NCBI GenBank assembly: GCA_965218095.1
Contig: OZ244587.1
Span: 1,376,001 to 1,440,000, forward strand
From: Candidatus Poribacteria bacterium
Lineage (GTDB): Bacteria; Poribacteria; WGA-4E; PCPOR2b
DNA: 64,000 bases
Reading direction: 5' to 3'
Part shown: positions 28,647 through 38,619 of the stretch, in pieces
How positions within the stretch are numbered: the first letter of the stretch is position 1
Layout of the letters: every line of letters starts with the position of its first letter
The notes under the pieces: model-generated
Database searches by the model: none
The model's input: the letters and a program-made list of their open reading frames with translations, nothing else
What the model was told of the DNA's origin: nothing
Program-made: the position numbers and the translations under genes

Positions 28647-28786
28647 ATGGGCGAATAAGCGAACCACGAAAGCATTCACAGGTTCATTGGTTCATTGAAC
28701 TTCCCGCTACGCAGGACTAAGAAGTCTGAACTCATGTACAAATGAACTTCTTATGTTTTACGTAATACACATCACGTTTCACGCTT

Positions 28787-31243
28787 ATGAAATACGCCCG
28801 CGTCGCTTTTCCACTCCCCCAAGATCTTGCCTTTTCTTACGCCATTCCGGATCGCCTCCAATCCCTTGCGCAGCCTGGCTCCCGTGTACTCGCACCGTTA
28901 GGGGAAAGTAGGCGGGAAGGGGTCATCGTCGAACTGATGGACGAACCGGACCTCCCCGACGACGCTATCGAAATCAAAAACCTTACCGATTGCCTTGATG
29001 ATACCCCCACATTTTCCGATGAACTCCTTGTCTTGACGAGATGGATCTCGGCCTATTACTTGTCATCGTGGGGTGAGGCGTTCAAGTGCGCGGCTCCGTC
29101 AGCCGTAAGAAGCCGACAAAATCGGGTTGTACGTTCCCTCGCCACCGACGCGCAAATCGCAGAGCTGCGGAAATCCCGCCAGAAGGAGATCTTGTCGCTA
29201 CTCAGGGGAAACGAGACACTTACCATCAATCAGATTGCGCGCCGCATGGGGATTGGCGCTTCAAAGCTGCGTTCTGCGCTGCTAACTCTGCGACAGAAAG
29301 GACTGATTGAACTTCAGTCGAACTTCCAATCCAAATCTGAACCTCAGACAGCTCTTGTAGTTTCTTTAGCCAAGTCACTGGCTGAAATCGAGAGTGAGAT
29401 TTCAGCATTGCCAAAACGATTCACCAAACAGGCGGCGGTGCTACGTTTCCTGATTGACGAGTCAAGCGCATTGCCAGTCGTAAGCACAGAGATCACCATA
29501 CGCACTAACGCCAGTCTGATGACGTTACGATCTCTTGAGCAGAAAGGGTTGATTGGCATCAGGTCAGTTCAGATTGTGCGAAATCCTCTGAGTTTGGACC
29601 CAGTTCCTCCCACGCAGCCGTTCACTCTTAATGCAGATCAGGCAACCGCCTTGGAAGCAATTCAAGCGGCAATCGATACAACTCAACGAGAAGTGTTTCT
29701 CCTGCACGGTGTTACGGGAAGCGGCAAGACAGAGGTTTACATGCAGGCAATGGCTTCCGTGCTGGAGCAAGGCAAGGGGGTAATCGTTCTCGTTCCCGAG
29801 ATCTCCTTGACGCCGCAGACCGTCTCTCAGTTTGTTGGTCGTTTTGGGGCGCGAGTTGCAGTATTACATAGCAACCTTTCAGACGGGGAGCGGTACGATC
29901 AATGGCAGCGGATCAAAGGCGGAGACGCGGACATCGTTGTTGGTCCCCGTTCCGCAATCTTCGCGCCTATCCCAAATCTCGGCCTTATAGTGATCGATGA
30001 GGAACATGAAACGTCATACAAGCAGGATACCTCACCGCCATTCTATCACGTCCGTGACGTCGCCGTGAAAAGATCTGAGTTAGCCAACTGCCCATTGATT
30101 CTTGGCAGCGCGACGCCATCGCTGGAGAGTTTTTATCGTGCGCAATGCGGCGAATACCACCTCCTGAGTCTTCCTTCCCGCGTATCTAATATTGGGATGC
30201 CGCCTGTCAAGATTGTGGATATGCGCGAGGAGCTAAAAAAGGACAATCGTACGATTTTTTCAGCGACGCTTCGCACAGCGATTGAAGACCGGCTTTCCAG
30301 AAGAGAACAGGTCATCTTGTTCCTGAATCGGCGAGGGTACTCCACTTACGTATTCTGCCGAACCTGTGGCTATGTCGAGCGGTGCAACAACTGCTCGATC
30401 TCACTGACATTTCATTTTCAGACCAAACAGATGCGTTGTCACCACTGCGGCTATGAACGCCCAACACCAGAACTTTGTCCGCAATGCGGCAGTATGTACA
30501 TCCGCTATTTTGGGTTTGGCACAGAGCAGGTTGAGCAGGAGGTCACCAAGGCATTCCCCAAAGCAAAAGTCAAGCGGATGGACGCCGATTCGACGACACG
30601 CAAAAATGCCCATCAGAAAATTCTGGATGCCTTCAAGGCCGGAGAAATTGATATTCTGGTGGGAACACAGATGATCGCCAAGGGGTTAGACTTTCCAAAC
30701 GTGACCCTGGTTGGCGTAATCTCCGCCGATACCGCACTTAATCTGCCGGACTTCCGCGCCGGCGAGCGGGCATTTAATTTGCTCACACAGGTCGCCGGCC
30801 GATCCGGACGCAGTGAGGCTGGCGGCGACGTGATTGTTCAGACCTACATGCCCGAACATTATAGCATCCAGGCGGCGCAAGGTCATGACTATCTTCGTTT
30901 CTACCATGAAGAAATCGGTTATCGAGAGGCGCTGCTGTACCCGCCTTTGAGCCACGCCGCGACCATCCTGCTCCGTGGCGCAATCGAAACGGACGTAATC
31001 CAAGCCGCAAACAATCTCCTTGATCAACTCGAAACCATCAAAGCGGACACCTTCCCGTCAGTCGAGATTCGAGGTCCCGTCCCCGCACTGCTCACCAAAA
31101 TTAAGAACAAATTTCGATGGCACTTTCTGCTGCGGAGTCAGCACGTTACGGATCTCCGTGAACTGATTCTGCGAGCCGTTGAAGCGTCCTCGCCCACGAA
31201 CATCGATTTGATTGTGGATATTGATCCGATCAGTATGTTGTAA
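28787..31243 (+). CDS. priA: Primosomal protein N'
   Basis: GVTGSGKTEVY, IDEEHE, four CxxC, QMIAKGLDFP, QVAGRSGR. Confidence 0.97.
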   Translation: MKYARVAFPLPQDLAFSYAIPDRLQSLAQPGSRVLAPLGESRREGVIVELMDEPDLPDDAIEIKNLTDCLDDTPTFSDELLVLTRWISAYYLSSWGEAFKCAAPSAVRSRQNRVVRSLATDAQIAELRKSRQKEILSLLRGNETLTINQIARRMGIGASKLRSALLTLRQKGLIELQSNFQSKSEPQTALVVSLAKSLAEIESEISALPKRFTKQAAVLRFLIDESSALPVVSTEITIRTNASLMTLRSLEQKGLIGIRSVQIVRNPLSLDPVPPTQPFTLNADQATALEAIQAAIDTTQREVFLLHGVTGSGKTEVYMQAMASVLEQGKGVIVLVPEISLTPQTVSQFVGRFGARVAVLHSNLSDGERYDQWQRIKGGDADIVVGPRSAIFAPIPNLGLIVIDEEHETSYKQDTSPPFYHVRDVAVKRSELANCPLILGSATPSLESFYRAQCGEYHLLSLPSRVSNIGMPPVKIVDMREELKKDNRTIFSATLRTAIEDRLSRREQVILFLNRRGYSTYVFCRTCGYVERCNNCSISLTFHFQTKQMRCHHCGYERPTPELCPQCGSMYIRYFGFGTEQVEQEVTKAFPKAKVKRMDADSTTRKNAHQKILDAFKAGEIDILVGTQMIAKGLDFPNVTLVGVISADTALNLPDFRAGERAFNLLTQVAGRSGRSEAGGDVIVQTYMPEHYSIQAAQGHDYLRFYHEEIGYREALLYPPLSHAATILLRGAIETDVIQAANNLLDQLETIKADTFPSVEIRGPVPALLTKIKNKFRWHFLLRSQHVTDLRELILRAVEASSPTNIDLIVDIDPISML

Positions 31244-31340
31244 TGAGAAACAAGTAAAATGCGAAGTGATGACTATAGATTCGATACAAACCCTTTCCGC
31301 CCCTCAAGTTCTATATGACGACTCAGGTTAACCGACGAGT

Positions 31341-31460
31341 GACATCTATTTAGTGCAGGTGCCGCTTGAGCATAAGAACATCAAGACCACCCGGAAGTAT
31401 CTGGGCATCAGCTATCGGAAGATGCAGCAGGCGGTCAAGATGATCGAAACGTCCAAACGC
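31341..31460 (+). pseudogene. Tyrosine recombinase C-terminal remnant
   Basis: DIYLVQVPLEHKNIKTTRKYL resembles box II (VQ.LLGH..I.TT..Y). Confidence 0.6.
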
Positions 31461-31480
31461 AACAGAAAGAGCAAAACGTG

Positions 31481-32425
31481 TTACTCGCCAAAACTGGAAA
31501 ATTCAACATTTCTCAGAATATCCAACTTTCCCAATTTGACACAAAATTCCTCATTTTTCACAAACTCCTGCCACCTCGCATACATTGGGTACTTTGCCAT
31601 CTCAAACTCCCTGAGTGGATTTTTGACTTTTCTCTCAATGAACTGGTACAGAGCCTTTTGCTCGTTTGTTGCCTCGTGAATTTGGCCAAAGGAGATCTGG
31701 CTTCGGTTGCGCCATAGTTTTGGATTGACCGTCTGGGCCATTAGCTGGATCTTCATATCGTCTGACACCGGAACCTCACAGGTCTGGTTAAGGAACTCAT
31801 AGAGCCTTTTAGCTTGCCTGAACGGTTCTCGCACAAGTCCTTCGTAGGGGATGAAAATTTTGTTTTCAGTTTCTTCTGTGTGTTCAAGGATAAGCAACAT
31901 CATGTATTGCCAACATAGTATGTTGCCAGCGATGAGACTCACTTTCCCCTCTAGCTTTTCCGGCAGGATGAATTTTTGCCAAGACAGTACCGTATCATAA
32001 GGATTGCGCACTGTGATGAGGTAAGCGGCATCGCCCCAAATCTCTTTCCAGAAAGGAAGAAAAAAGTTCAGGGCCGGATCTTTCCAGACCCAGGTTTTGC
32101 CCTCCTTTTCCATAACAGCGACCAACTCCAGGGCCTTGTCTCTGTATTGTGGTATGAAGATCTTTTCCCTGACACGCTGCTGGAAGGAAGCGTCCCACCA
32201 ACTGGTTCCTGCTGCGAAGTCTCCCAATTCAACCAGAAAATCCCAGATGGGAAGATACTCCCAGTACCCTTGCGGATTATGCCCATCCGCTTTCGTCAGT
32301 CTCTCGGACTCTCCAGCGTAAGCTCCCCATCTGTGCACCATTTCCGCCACCAGGGAGGTCCCACTGCGCTCCACACCCAGCACAATTATGGGGAGGGGTT
32401 TTGAGGTTCCTTCTGCAGCGCTCAT
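31481..32425 (-). CDS. Sulfotransferase family protein
   Basis: VLGVERSGTS, NPQGYWE, WKDP, RNPYDTVLS. Confidence 0.88.
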   Translation of the reverse strand: MSAAEGTSKPLPIIVLGVERSGTSLVAEMVHRWGAYAGESERLTKADGHNPQGYWEYLPIWDFLVELGDFAAGTSWWDASFQQRVREKIFIPQYRDKALELVAVMEKEGKTWVWKDPALNFFLPFWKEIWGDAAYLITVRNPYDTVLSWQKFILPEKLEGKVSLIAGNILCWQYMMLLILEHTEETENKIFIPYEGLVREPFRQAKRLYEFLNQTCEVPVSDDMKIQLMAQTVNPKLWRNRSQISFGQIHEATNEQKALYQFIERKVKNPLREFEMAKYPMYARWQEFVKNEEFCVKLGKLDILRNVEFSSFGE

Positions 32426-32471
32426 AGTCGCTTGTCCTTCGGTTAAAGCCCATTAATTAATCATCATATCT

Positions 32472-32627
32472 AACGTCAGTTCGATATAAGGATGCAGACG
32501 GCACCTAGGGGCACGGAGTAATGGGGTGAAGGGGCGAGGAGGCGAGTGTGCTGAGTTCCCTCGCTCCCACACATACTCCAAAGCCCAATTCCTTGCCACC
32601 GCAGAATTTTTACGTCGAACTCACGTT
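32472..32627. mobile_element. MITE (156 bp)
   Basis: TIR AACGTCAGTTCGA / TCGAACTCACGTT (12/13); 4-bp TSD ATCT. Confidence 0.7.
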
Positions 32628-32650
32628 ATCTACTTCCCATCCCCCCGTCA

Positions 32651-32704
32651 GAATATACCGGCTTGTCCGCGGAAGAAATCCAACAGTTAGCTAAGGAGGC
32701 TTAA
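32651..32704 (+). pseudogene. Rpn-family (PD-(D/E)XK) C-terminal remnant
   Basis: EYTGLSAEEIQQLAKEA-stop. Confidence 0.4.
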
Positions 32705-32750
32705 TCCTCGTGCAAATTTAACCACATCACGTTTCACACACTTCATTTCC

Positions 32751-34030
32751 TCAATTTCCTATTTCCTTTCCGAAGATCAGCAACGCATCTGCAATTGGTC
32801 TGCCGAAGTTGGAAGGAACCAGTCGAATGCGGCGATTCCCTTGAGCCATTTTTTCCTTGCGTGGTGGCGGTACGCGGTGGCTAACCACCTCGCCATCAAT
32901 AACCATCATCGTCGAGCCACCCACCACTGTCGAGGTTGAGCGCATCCTTTGCTCCCCATTCCAACAACAATTCTGTGAGCTTGGAGAGTTTAACGCCCCA
33001 GTTCACCTTTGGGGATTTTCCGGTGATTGTTACGAGGATCAACGTCCCATCGGCTTTAACGCTTATTGCTGTTCGGGGATACCACCAATCGTGGAATGCG
33101 CGCTCAAATCCTTCTGCATCATGTTCCTTCGGTGTCGTGGGAATTCCATCACGAAGTAGCAAAGGACCGCCGCTGATGATATGCTCAACCGCCTCCAATG
33201 TTTTTGGATCCCGGACTGTTCAGGGATAACTGTTTCGCAGATTACGTGGAAGAACAAATGCAGCACGGATTTTGTCTCCGACTGATATGTGGGCAATCAG
33301 CCAATCGCGCTTTAACCCATTTGCGGAGAGGACGCAGCCATCGTCAGGAATAGGGCTGCTGCCCGCTGCATCACGGATCTCGACGACCCGGTTATTTTGC
33401 ACAATCACTTCCACGCCATCCGGATCGGTCAGTGTATCGGTCAGTGTAACGGTGTGGAAAATCGGACGGTAAAGGATCAACTCATCCTCGATCCGCCCTT
33501 GATTGATACCGTCAATCATGAATGTTTCGCCGCTTGGAAGCACAATTTCCGCTTCGAGTGCAATTCGATCAATAATCGGCTTTCATTCGCCCATCGACCA
33601 GCGATAGTCCAATTGCGGCACGGTCCTGTTCAGGTTCACTGATCCATTCCCCATCAATCTTCAACGCCCCGACCGATTCACCGTGAAACATCCCCGTCAT
33701 CTCGAAATAGCCACCGTTGATTGCTGCGAAGGCATTGTGCTGTCGCGCCAACGAAACGAGGGATTCCCTGCCAATTCCTGCATCCACAGCGCGGTAAGGA
33801 CGGATGAACACCGCATCAGGGGGGAGTTCGAGGATATTCATGAGCACGCCTCGTTTAATCTGACGATGCTGAATCCCCGACGCCACTTGAACCGTCACAT
33901 CATGCCGAGACAGATCCATGTACGATCGGACAAATGCAGTTATTCGCCTGACACGAGCGGATCGCCCCGTCCAGACACCTGCAAAAGATCAGCAGGCAAC
34001 CCAGAACGATGAAGATGCGGCGATGCCGTT
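32751..34030 (-). pseudogene. Phosphodiester glycosidase (NAGPA/DUF2233) family, multiply frameshifted
   Basis: AAINGGYF, GGPLL, PRTAI, ALNLD.GGST and DALLIF spread over at least four frames. Confidence 0.82.
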
Positions 34031-34098
34031 TGGTGAATCGTAAAACGTAAAGCGTAAAACGTAAAATGATTCGTTCATTCGTTGACTTTCCTATTCGC

Positions 34099-35508
34099 CT
34101 ATTCACAGCTCGTCAAGACCTGCTGTGCTCGTTTTTCCCACTCATCACAGGTTGCGTGAGTCCGTTGTACAGATGCCCCGATGTACTTCGTTGGATTGTG
34201 AAGGACTTCCCGCTGATTTTCCGTCAACTTTTCGAGAAACGGTCGCAATGTCTCATCTTCCCACAGGAGGTCTGTCAGTTTCCGTCCCGTTTGATGGACT
34301 TGGGCGACGAGTTTGCGTGTGTGGTCGTAAGCATCGGGAAATCCATAATACGCCATCAAAATATAGATCGGTTCAGTGACCGTATCGCCCGCACTCATCT
34401 CAAGATTGCGTCGCATATTATCCACCTTCACATTCATCTCGTCTAACGCACGAATCAGGCGATAGATCGAGTAATCAAACGCCGTGAACAATTCCGTCAG
34501 GAAACGGATCGACGCTGAGTTGGTGAGATCGCGTTGATGTTCCAAGATCTGGTCCATGTATACTGTTGTCATGCGCGGCACGAAGGCTTTCCAGAGGCTC
34601 TTGATCGTTTCAAAATCTTCGGGATTGATCTTATGCGGCATGGTCGAAGATCCGACCAATTGTGGGTCGTACTTCTTGCTAATTTCCGCGATCTCTGTGC
34701 GATAGAGATGGCGGATGTCATCCGCGAAATTCGCAAGGATGGTGTAGGTAGATGTAATCGCATGCGCCAGATCGGTGATAAATTCCGGCTCAACACACTG
34801 CGTCGAAGTATGCGTATCCGATGGTTTCAGCCCAAGTTCAGCAAGGAGATCTGCCTCGATCCGCTCCGGATGCTCCGTGATCAGCGAAAGCCCGTTGAAT
34901 GCTCCTACCGCGCCTGAGAATTGTCCGCGAAGCTCTTGACTCGTCCGATCTATCAGTTGCATCCGATTTCCGATTCGGCTGACGTAAAGCGCGACAGCGT
35001 AACCGAAGGTAATTGGTTCTGCGTGCTGTCCATGCGTCCGTCCGATCTGCACCGTTTCTGCGTGGTTTCGCGCCAACTGAATCAACCGATCCTCAAGTTG
35101 GATTAGATCTGGCAAGATTACCTTTCGGGTCAGATCTTTGAAGCGCAGCGCCGTTGCGGTATCAAGGATGTCCGCCGACGTAGCAAAGAGGTGAACATAC
35201 GGACGCGCTTTGGGACTGATTTTCCGCTGAATCACATTGACAAGTGAACGGATGTTGTGGCGGATGCGTGATTGCTCTTTATAGACCTCCACCGCTGTTA
35301 CTTCGTGCGCCACCCGTTCAACTTCATCAGCGATCTCGTGGGAGCAGATTCTGTGTTTGGCAAGCGTCCGCACCAATGCGGCTTCGACTTTAGCTTGATA
35401 TTTGACGTAGGCACCTTCAGAAACGTAAGGGAGTAGTTTCTTCATAAAAGCTTCGCTGCCGCCGTAGTATCTGAAATCGAGTGGACTGACTGCTTCGTAA
35501 AGTTCCAT
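34099..35508 (-). CDS. purB: Adenylosuccinate lyase family
   Basis: SPLDFRY, TSADI, GRTHGQHAEPITFG, GSSTMPHKINP; RBS favours ATG 35508. Confidence 0.92.
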   Translation of the reverse strand: MELYEAVSPLDFRYYGGSEAFMKKLLPYVSEGAYVKYQAKVEAALVRTLAKHRICSHEIADEVERVAHEVTAVEVYKEQSRIRHNIRSLVNVIQRKISPKARPYVHLFATSADILDTATALRFKDLTRKVILPDLIQLEDRLIQLARNHAETVQIGRTHGQHAEPITFGYAVALYVSRIGNRMQLIDRTSQELRGQFSGAVGAFNGLSLITEHPERIEADLLAELGLKPSDTHTSTQCVEPEFITDLAHAITSTYTILANFADDIRHLYRTEIAEISKKYDPQLVGSSTMPHKINPEDFETIKSLWKAFVPRMTTVYMDQILEHQRDLTNSASIRFLTELFTAFDYSIYRLIRALDEMNVKVDNMRRNLEMSAGDTVTEPIYILMAYYGFPDAYDHTRKLVAQVHQTGRKLTDLLWEDETLRPFLEKLTENQREVLHNPTKYIGASVQRTHATCDEWEKRAQQVLTSCE

Positions 35509-35521
35509 AATATCTCCTAAA

Positions 35522-35555
35522 CGTATTGCGTATTGCGTATTGCGTATTGCGTATT
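35522..35555. repeat. Heptamer tandem repeat (CGTATTG) x4-5
   Basis: Directly visible just upstream of the purB RBS. Confidence 0.9.
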
Positions 35556-35580
35556 TTGTCTGGTGGTTTATCCCAAATTG

Positions 35581-35727
35581 TGTATTGGTCAATAACATGT
35601 TGAATACGGCGAGATTCACTGGAAATTATACGAATTATGGAGAGCGTGACATTTCCATTATTCCCATAATCTGCAGTGAATTGAGTTTATCAGTTCACTT
35701 TCCTGCAAGATGTATTTGACCATTACA
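35581..35727. mobile_element. MITE with TGTA...TACA ends (IS481-like) and a 15-bp flanking direct repeat
   Basis: TIR TGTATTGGTCAATAACATGTTG versus TGTAATGGTCAAATACATCTTG (18/22); DR GTTTATCCCAAATTG at 35566-35580 and 35728-35742. Confidence 0.8.
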
Positions 35728-35819
35728 GTTTATCCCAAATTGGGCTGGTTTGCTTGTTTTTTCGTGCCGCTAAATTATACCACGTTTCTATCGCCGGGGA
35801 AGTAGGTTTTGGAATTTTT

Positions 35820-35890
35820 CTTGAGGCGGACAAGGCATCAGGAACGACGAGGCAACTGTTTTCCTTGAAAAATTCTAACTGTTCTTTCAT
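35820..35890 (-). pseudogene. PhyH-family dioxygenase N-terminal remnant
   Basis: AAGGAG RBS; MKEQLEFFKENSCLVVPDALS. Confidence 0.5.
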
Positions 35891-35913
35891 GACTCCTTCC
35901 TAGTTGAATAGCG

Positions 35914-36543
35914 TCAAAAATCATCAATCATCAATAGGCGCGGCTTCATCACCGCGAACAGTTCTTTCCCCTGACGGCGTTCCACCGAATTCAGCGGGAT
36001 ATGAAGTTCGGAAATCTCAAAGGCGGGTTCAAACAGCGAGTGGATTTCCCCTTCCGTCGTACCAAACGGTGGACGCCCGTCCGGAGGTAAAGCGAAAAAC
36101 AGTGCGATGAAGGTGCCTGTCGGTTTCAGGATGGTTTGTACCAACTGTACGTACTCTGCACGACGAACCGGATTAATGGCACAAAAGCAAGTGTGTTCGA
36201 GGGCGTAATCGAAATGGGATTGATATTCATTCAGCAGGTCAAACATGTCCCGCTTGAGGAGTTCCGCCTTCAAATTTGCGCCTTGCAAACGCTTTCCCGC
36301 GCCCCGAATGGCTGAAGGCACAAAATCCACACCGACCACGTCAAACCCGTGTGCCGCGAAAAGCACAACCTCATATCCCGTCCCGCAGCCGAGAACCGCA
36401 ATCTTTCCCGGTGGAGGTGGTGAATCACTCGTCAGAAGAGACACAAATGGCGGCGCCGGCTGACCGAGATCCCAGTCGGGGGATTCCTGGTTATCGTAGA
36501 TGTTCTCCCAAAACTCAGGTTGATTGACATCACGGTCTTGCAT
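35914..36543 (-). CDS. TPMT/thiol-halide-type SAM-dependent methyltransferase
   Basis: WDLGQPAPP, VLGCGTGYE, EHTCFCAI.P, PPFG. Confidence 0.88.
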   Translation of the reverse strand: MQDRDVNQPEFWENIYDNQESPDWDLGQPAPPFVSLLTSDSPPPPGKIAVLGCGTGYEVVLFAAHGFDVVGVDFVPSAIRGAGKRLQGANLKAELLKRDMFDLLNEYQSHFDYALEHTCFCAINPVRRAEYVQLVQTILKPTGTFIALFFALPPDGRPPFGTTEGEIHSLFEPAFEISELHIPLNSVERRQGKELFAVMKPRLLMIDDF

Positions 36544-36659
36544 GAAAACTATCCTTTCGTGTTGAGAATTATAATGGCGAGAGAACGGATAGTCAAGAAC
36601 AAACCTTGAAACGTATGACTTGTCTTAATGCCTGTCCTATGATACACTATAACTTGGCA

Positions 36660-36715
36660 TTGTAGTGAGGCGATTCATCGCCATCCCAAACGCGCAATTC
36701 ATTGCACGACTACAA
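36660..36715. repeat. GTAG-type REP-like element
   Basis: TTGTAGT..GGCGATTCATCGCC..GCAATTCATTGC..ACTACAA. Confidence 0.6.
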
Positions 36716-36817
36716 ACGGAATGTATAGTTTAATCTGAAAATTACTTAAGTTGCCGTGCTGGCTTTTATCAAAACTCACAAGTCTAGAACTGTCAAAACG
36801 AATAGGTAGAAGATAAA

Positions 36818-37135
36818 ATGGCTAGATATTTCGCTTTTGCTGTAGACAAACCTGACCTCGAACCTTACGAAATTTCGCGCACCCTGCGGGGGCAACTCCA
36901 CTACTTCACCGAAGGCACCAGCAGTCGTCGATGGAACGATAGCGAAAATCCCGACGAATTCTTCTTTCCGCTTGAACGAACTTCTGAACTGTTCGAGGAG
37001 GGGGTGTTCTATGTGACCTCTCCGTTGGATGATCAGAATCAAGCAGAAATTGAGATCACGGAAGAGCAAGAGGATTTTTTGGATTGGCTCGTTTCGAATC
37101 AGATTGAAAAGGTGCAGGTTCCAGAAGATATTTGA
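36818..37135 (+). CDS. Hypothetical acidic protein
   Basis: 105-aa ORF with protein-like composition; no recognised motif. Confidence 0.65.
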   Translation: MARYFAFAVDKPDLEPYEISRTLRGQLHYFTEGTSSRRWNDSENPDEFFFPLERTSELFEEGVFYVTSPLDDQNQAEIEITEEQEDFLDWLVSNQIEKVQVPEDI

Positions 37136-37470
37136 TAAGTTCGTATCCGTTGTGCCGACACAACTCAGGTCAGAACCTTATGCGAACTTACGAAATGAAT
37201 CAGTAGCTAGCGGATGGGTTGTGCTTCTTTTGTCCTATCTGGATGTTTGTTCCATTCAATAGTGATTTCCGGTGTCATCACGACGCGGCGGGAGCATTTG
37301 TCTCGCTCAGGATCCTGAGCATAGCATCACATAAATAGGACTTACGCAGCCGATGTGCAGAACCTGCAATTTCACCGCATCCTGCATCTTGAATCCTGAA
37401 TCCGACACAAGATGCAAGATGCACAGGAGGTTAGGGGATAATCAGCCGATTCGATGATTCGCCTATTTGC

Positions 37471-38601
37471 TTATTTCCCAAACCGCGCCAACCGAAATGG
37501 GTTGATGTCAAAGCCTGTCTCCTCCTGAAGCGCCATTTCCGCAAGTATTCGCCCGACAAGGCTGGAGAACTTGAATCCGTGACCGGAAAATCCAGTAGCC
37601 AAAATGAGATCGGGGCAATTCGGGTGTATGTCGATAATAAAATCTTCATCAGGTGTTTCAGTGTAGAGGCAAACCTGGGCGTAAAGGGCCTCGCCAGCAG
37701 CATCGGGAATGCGCTTACGCATAAAGGCACTCAAGTGCTCGATATATTCGGCATCAGGTGTGCGATTACACGCATCCGGAGACACCGGCTGCCCCAGACC
37801 GTGTCGCGCAACTTTCACACCTTCACTGCCGAACACGGGAAATCCGTAGAAGAATTCACCCCACGTTACATCAATGAAAACCGGAAAGCTGTCTGGCTGA
37901 AACAGACTCGCAGCCGTTGGCTGATAATAAACCATCTGTTGCCGCGTCACGATTAACGGGAGACTCAGTTCACTGAGAATTTGCCCTGTCCATGCGCCAG
38001 AGGTCACAATCACTTTCCTCCCTCGAAAGCGTTCCCCTTTTACAATCACTTCGGGGTTATCTCCCTGCCAATCGATGTTCATAACGGGAGTCTCCTCCCT
38101 AACCTCCGCCCCGTGCTCTTCGGCGAGTTGCAAGTGGGTCGAGACGCACGCTGAAGCATGAAGGAAACCGGTGTCCTTTTGCCAGAGGACGCTCATGCCG
38201 TCCTCGATTCTGAACTGCGGGAAGCGTGCGGCTAGTTGCCGTTGGCTCCACCATTCCGATTCGATTCTAGCGGCATCTAGGCTCGCACGCATATTACGGG
38301 GATAATAGTGTCCTTCGGGTGCAATCACTACGCTGCCCGTCGTGAACAACAGATCTGTTCCCGAAGCCTTTTCCAGACCCCGCCATTCCGCGTAGGCAAA
38401 CTTCATCAACTCTGTGTAAAATTGCTTGTCGTAGACCAGGCGGATGACGCGGGTATCTCCGTGAGAACTGCCAAAGGTATGTCCACGGGAGAATTGTTCC
38501 AACACTAGCGTTCTCGCTCCCAATTTTGCGAGGTGATATGCCGCTGCACTTCCCATACTCCCCGCTCCGATAATGACTGCGTCGTACATTTTTTCACTCA
38601 A
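37471..38601 (-). CDS. solA: N-methyl-L-tryptophan oxidase / monomeric sarcosine oxidase family
   Basis: IIGAGSMG, GSSHG.TR, CLYTETPDEDF, GFSGHGFKF. Confidence 0.9.
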   Translation of the reverse strand: MSEKMYDAVIIGAGSMGSAAAYHLAKLGARTLVLEQFSRGHTFGSSHGDTRVIRLVYDKQFYTELMKFAYAEWRGLEKASGTDLLFTTGSVVIAPEGHYYPRNMRASLDAARIESEWWSQRQLAARFPQFRIEDGMSVLWQKDTGFLHASACVSTHLQLAEEHGAEVREETPVMNIDWQGDNPEVIVKGERFRGRKVIVTSGAWTGQILSELSLPLIVTRQQMVYYQPTAASLFQPDSFPVFIDVTWGEFFYGFPVFGSEGVKVARHGLGQPVSPDACNRTPDAEYIEHLSAFMRKRIPDAAGEALYAQVCLYTETPDEDFIIDIHPNCPDLILATGFSGHGFKFSSLVGRILAEMALQEETGFDINPFRLARFGK

Positions 38602-38619
38602 GGCAACCTCTTCTAAGAC

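Noticed and set aside
35509-35619. N-terminal extension of PurB (YAIRNTQYAIR)
   Set aside because: It is the translation of the heptamer repeat and MITE end; the RBS supports ATG 35508.
37336-37348. TAGGACTTACGCA as a MITE end
   Set aside because: No matching inverted end was found nearby.
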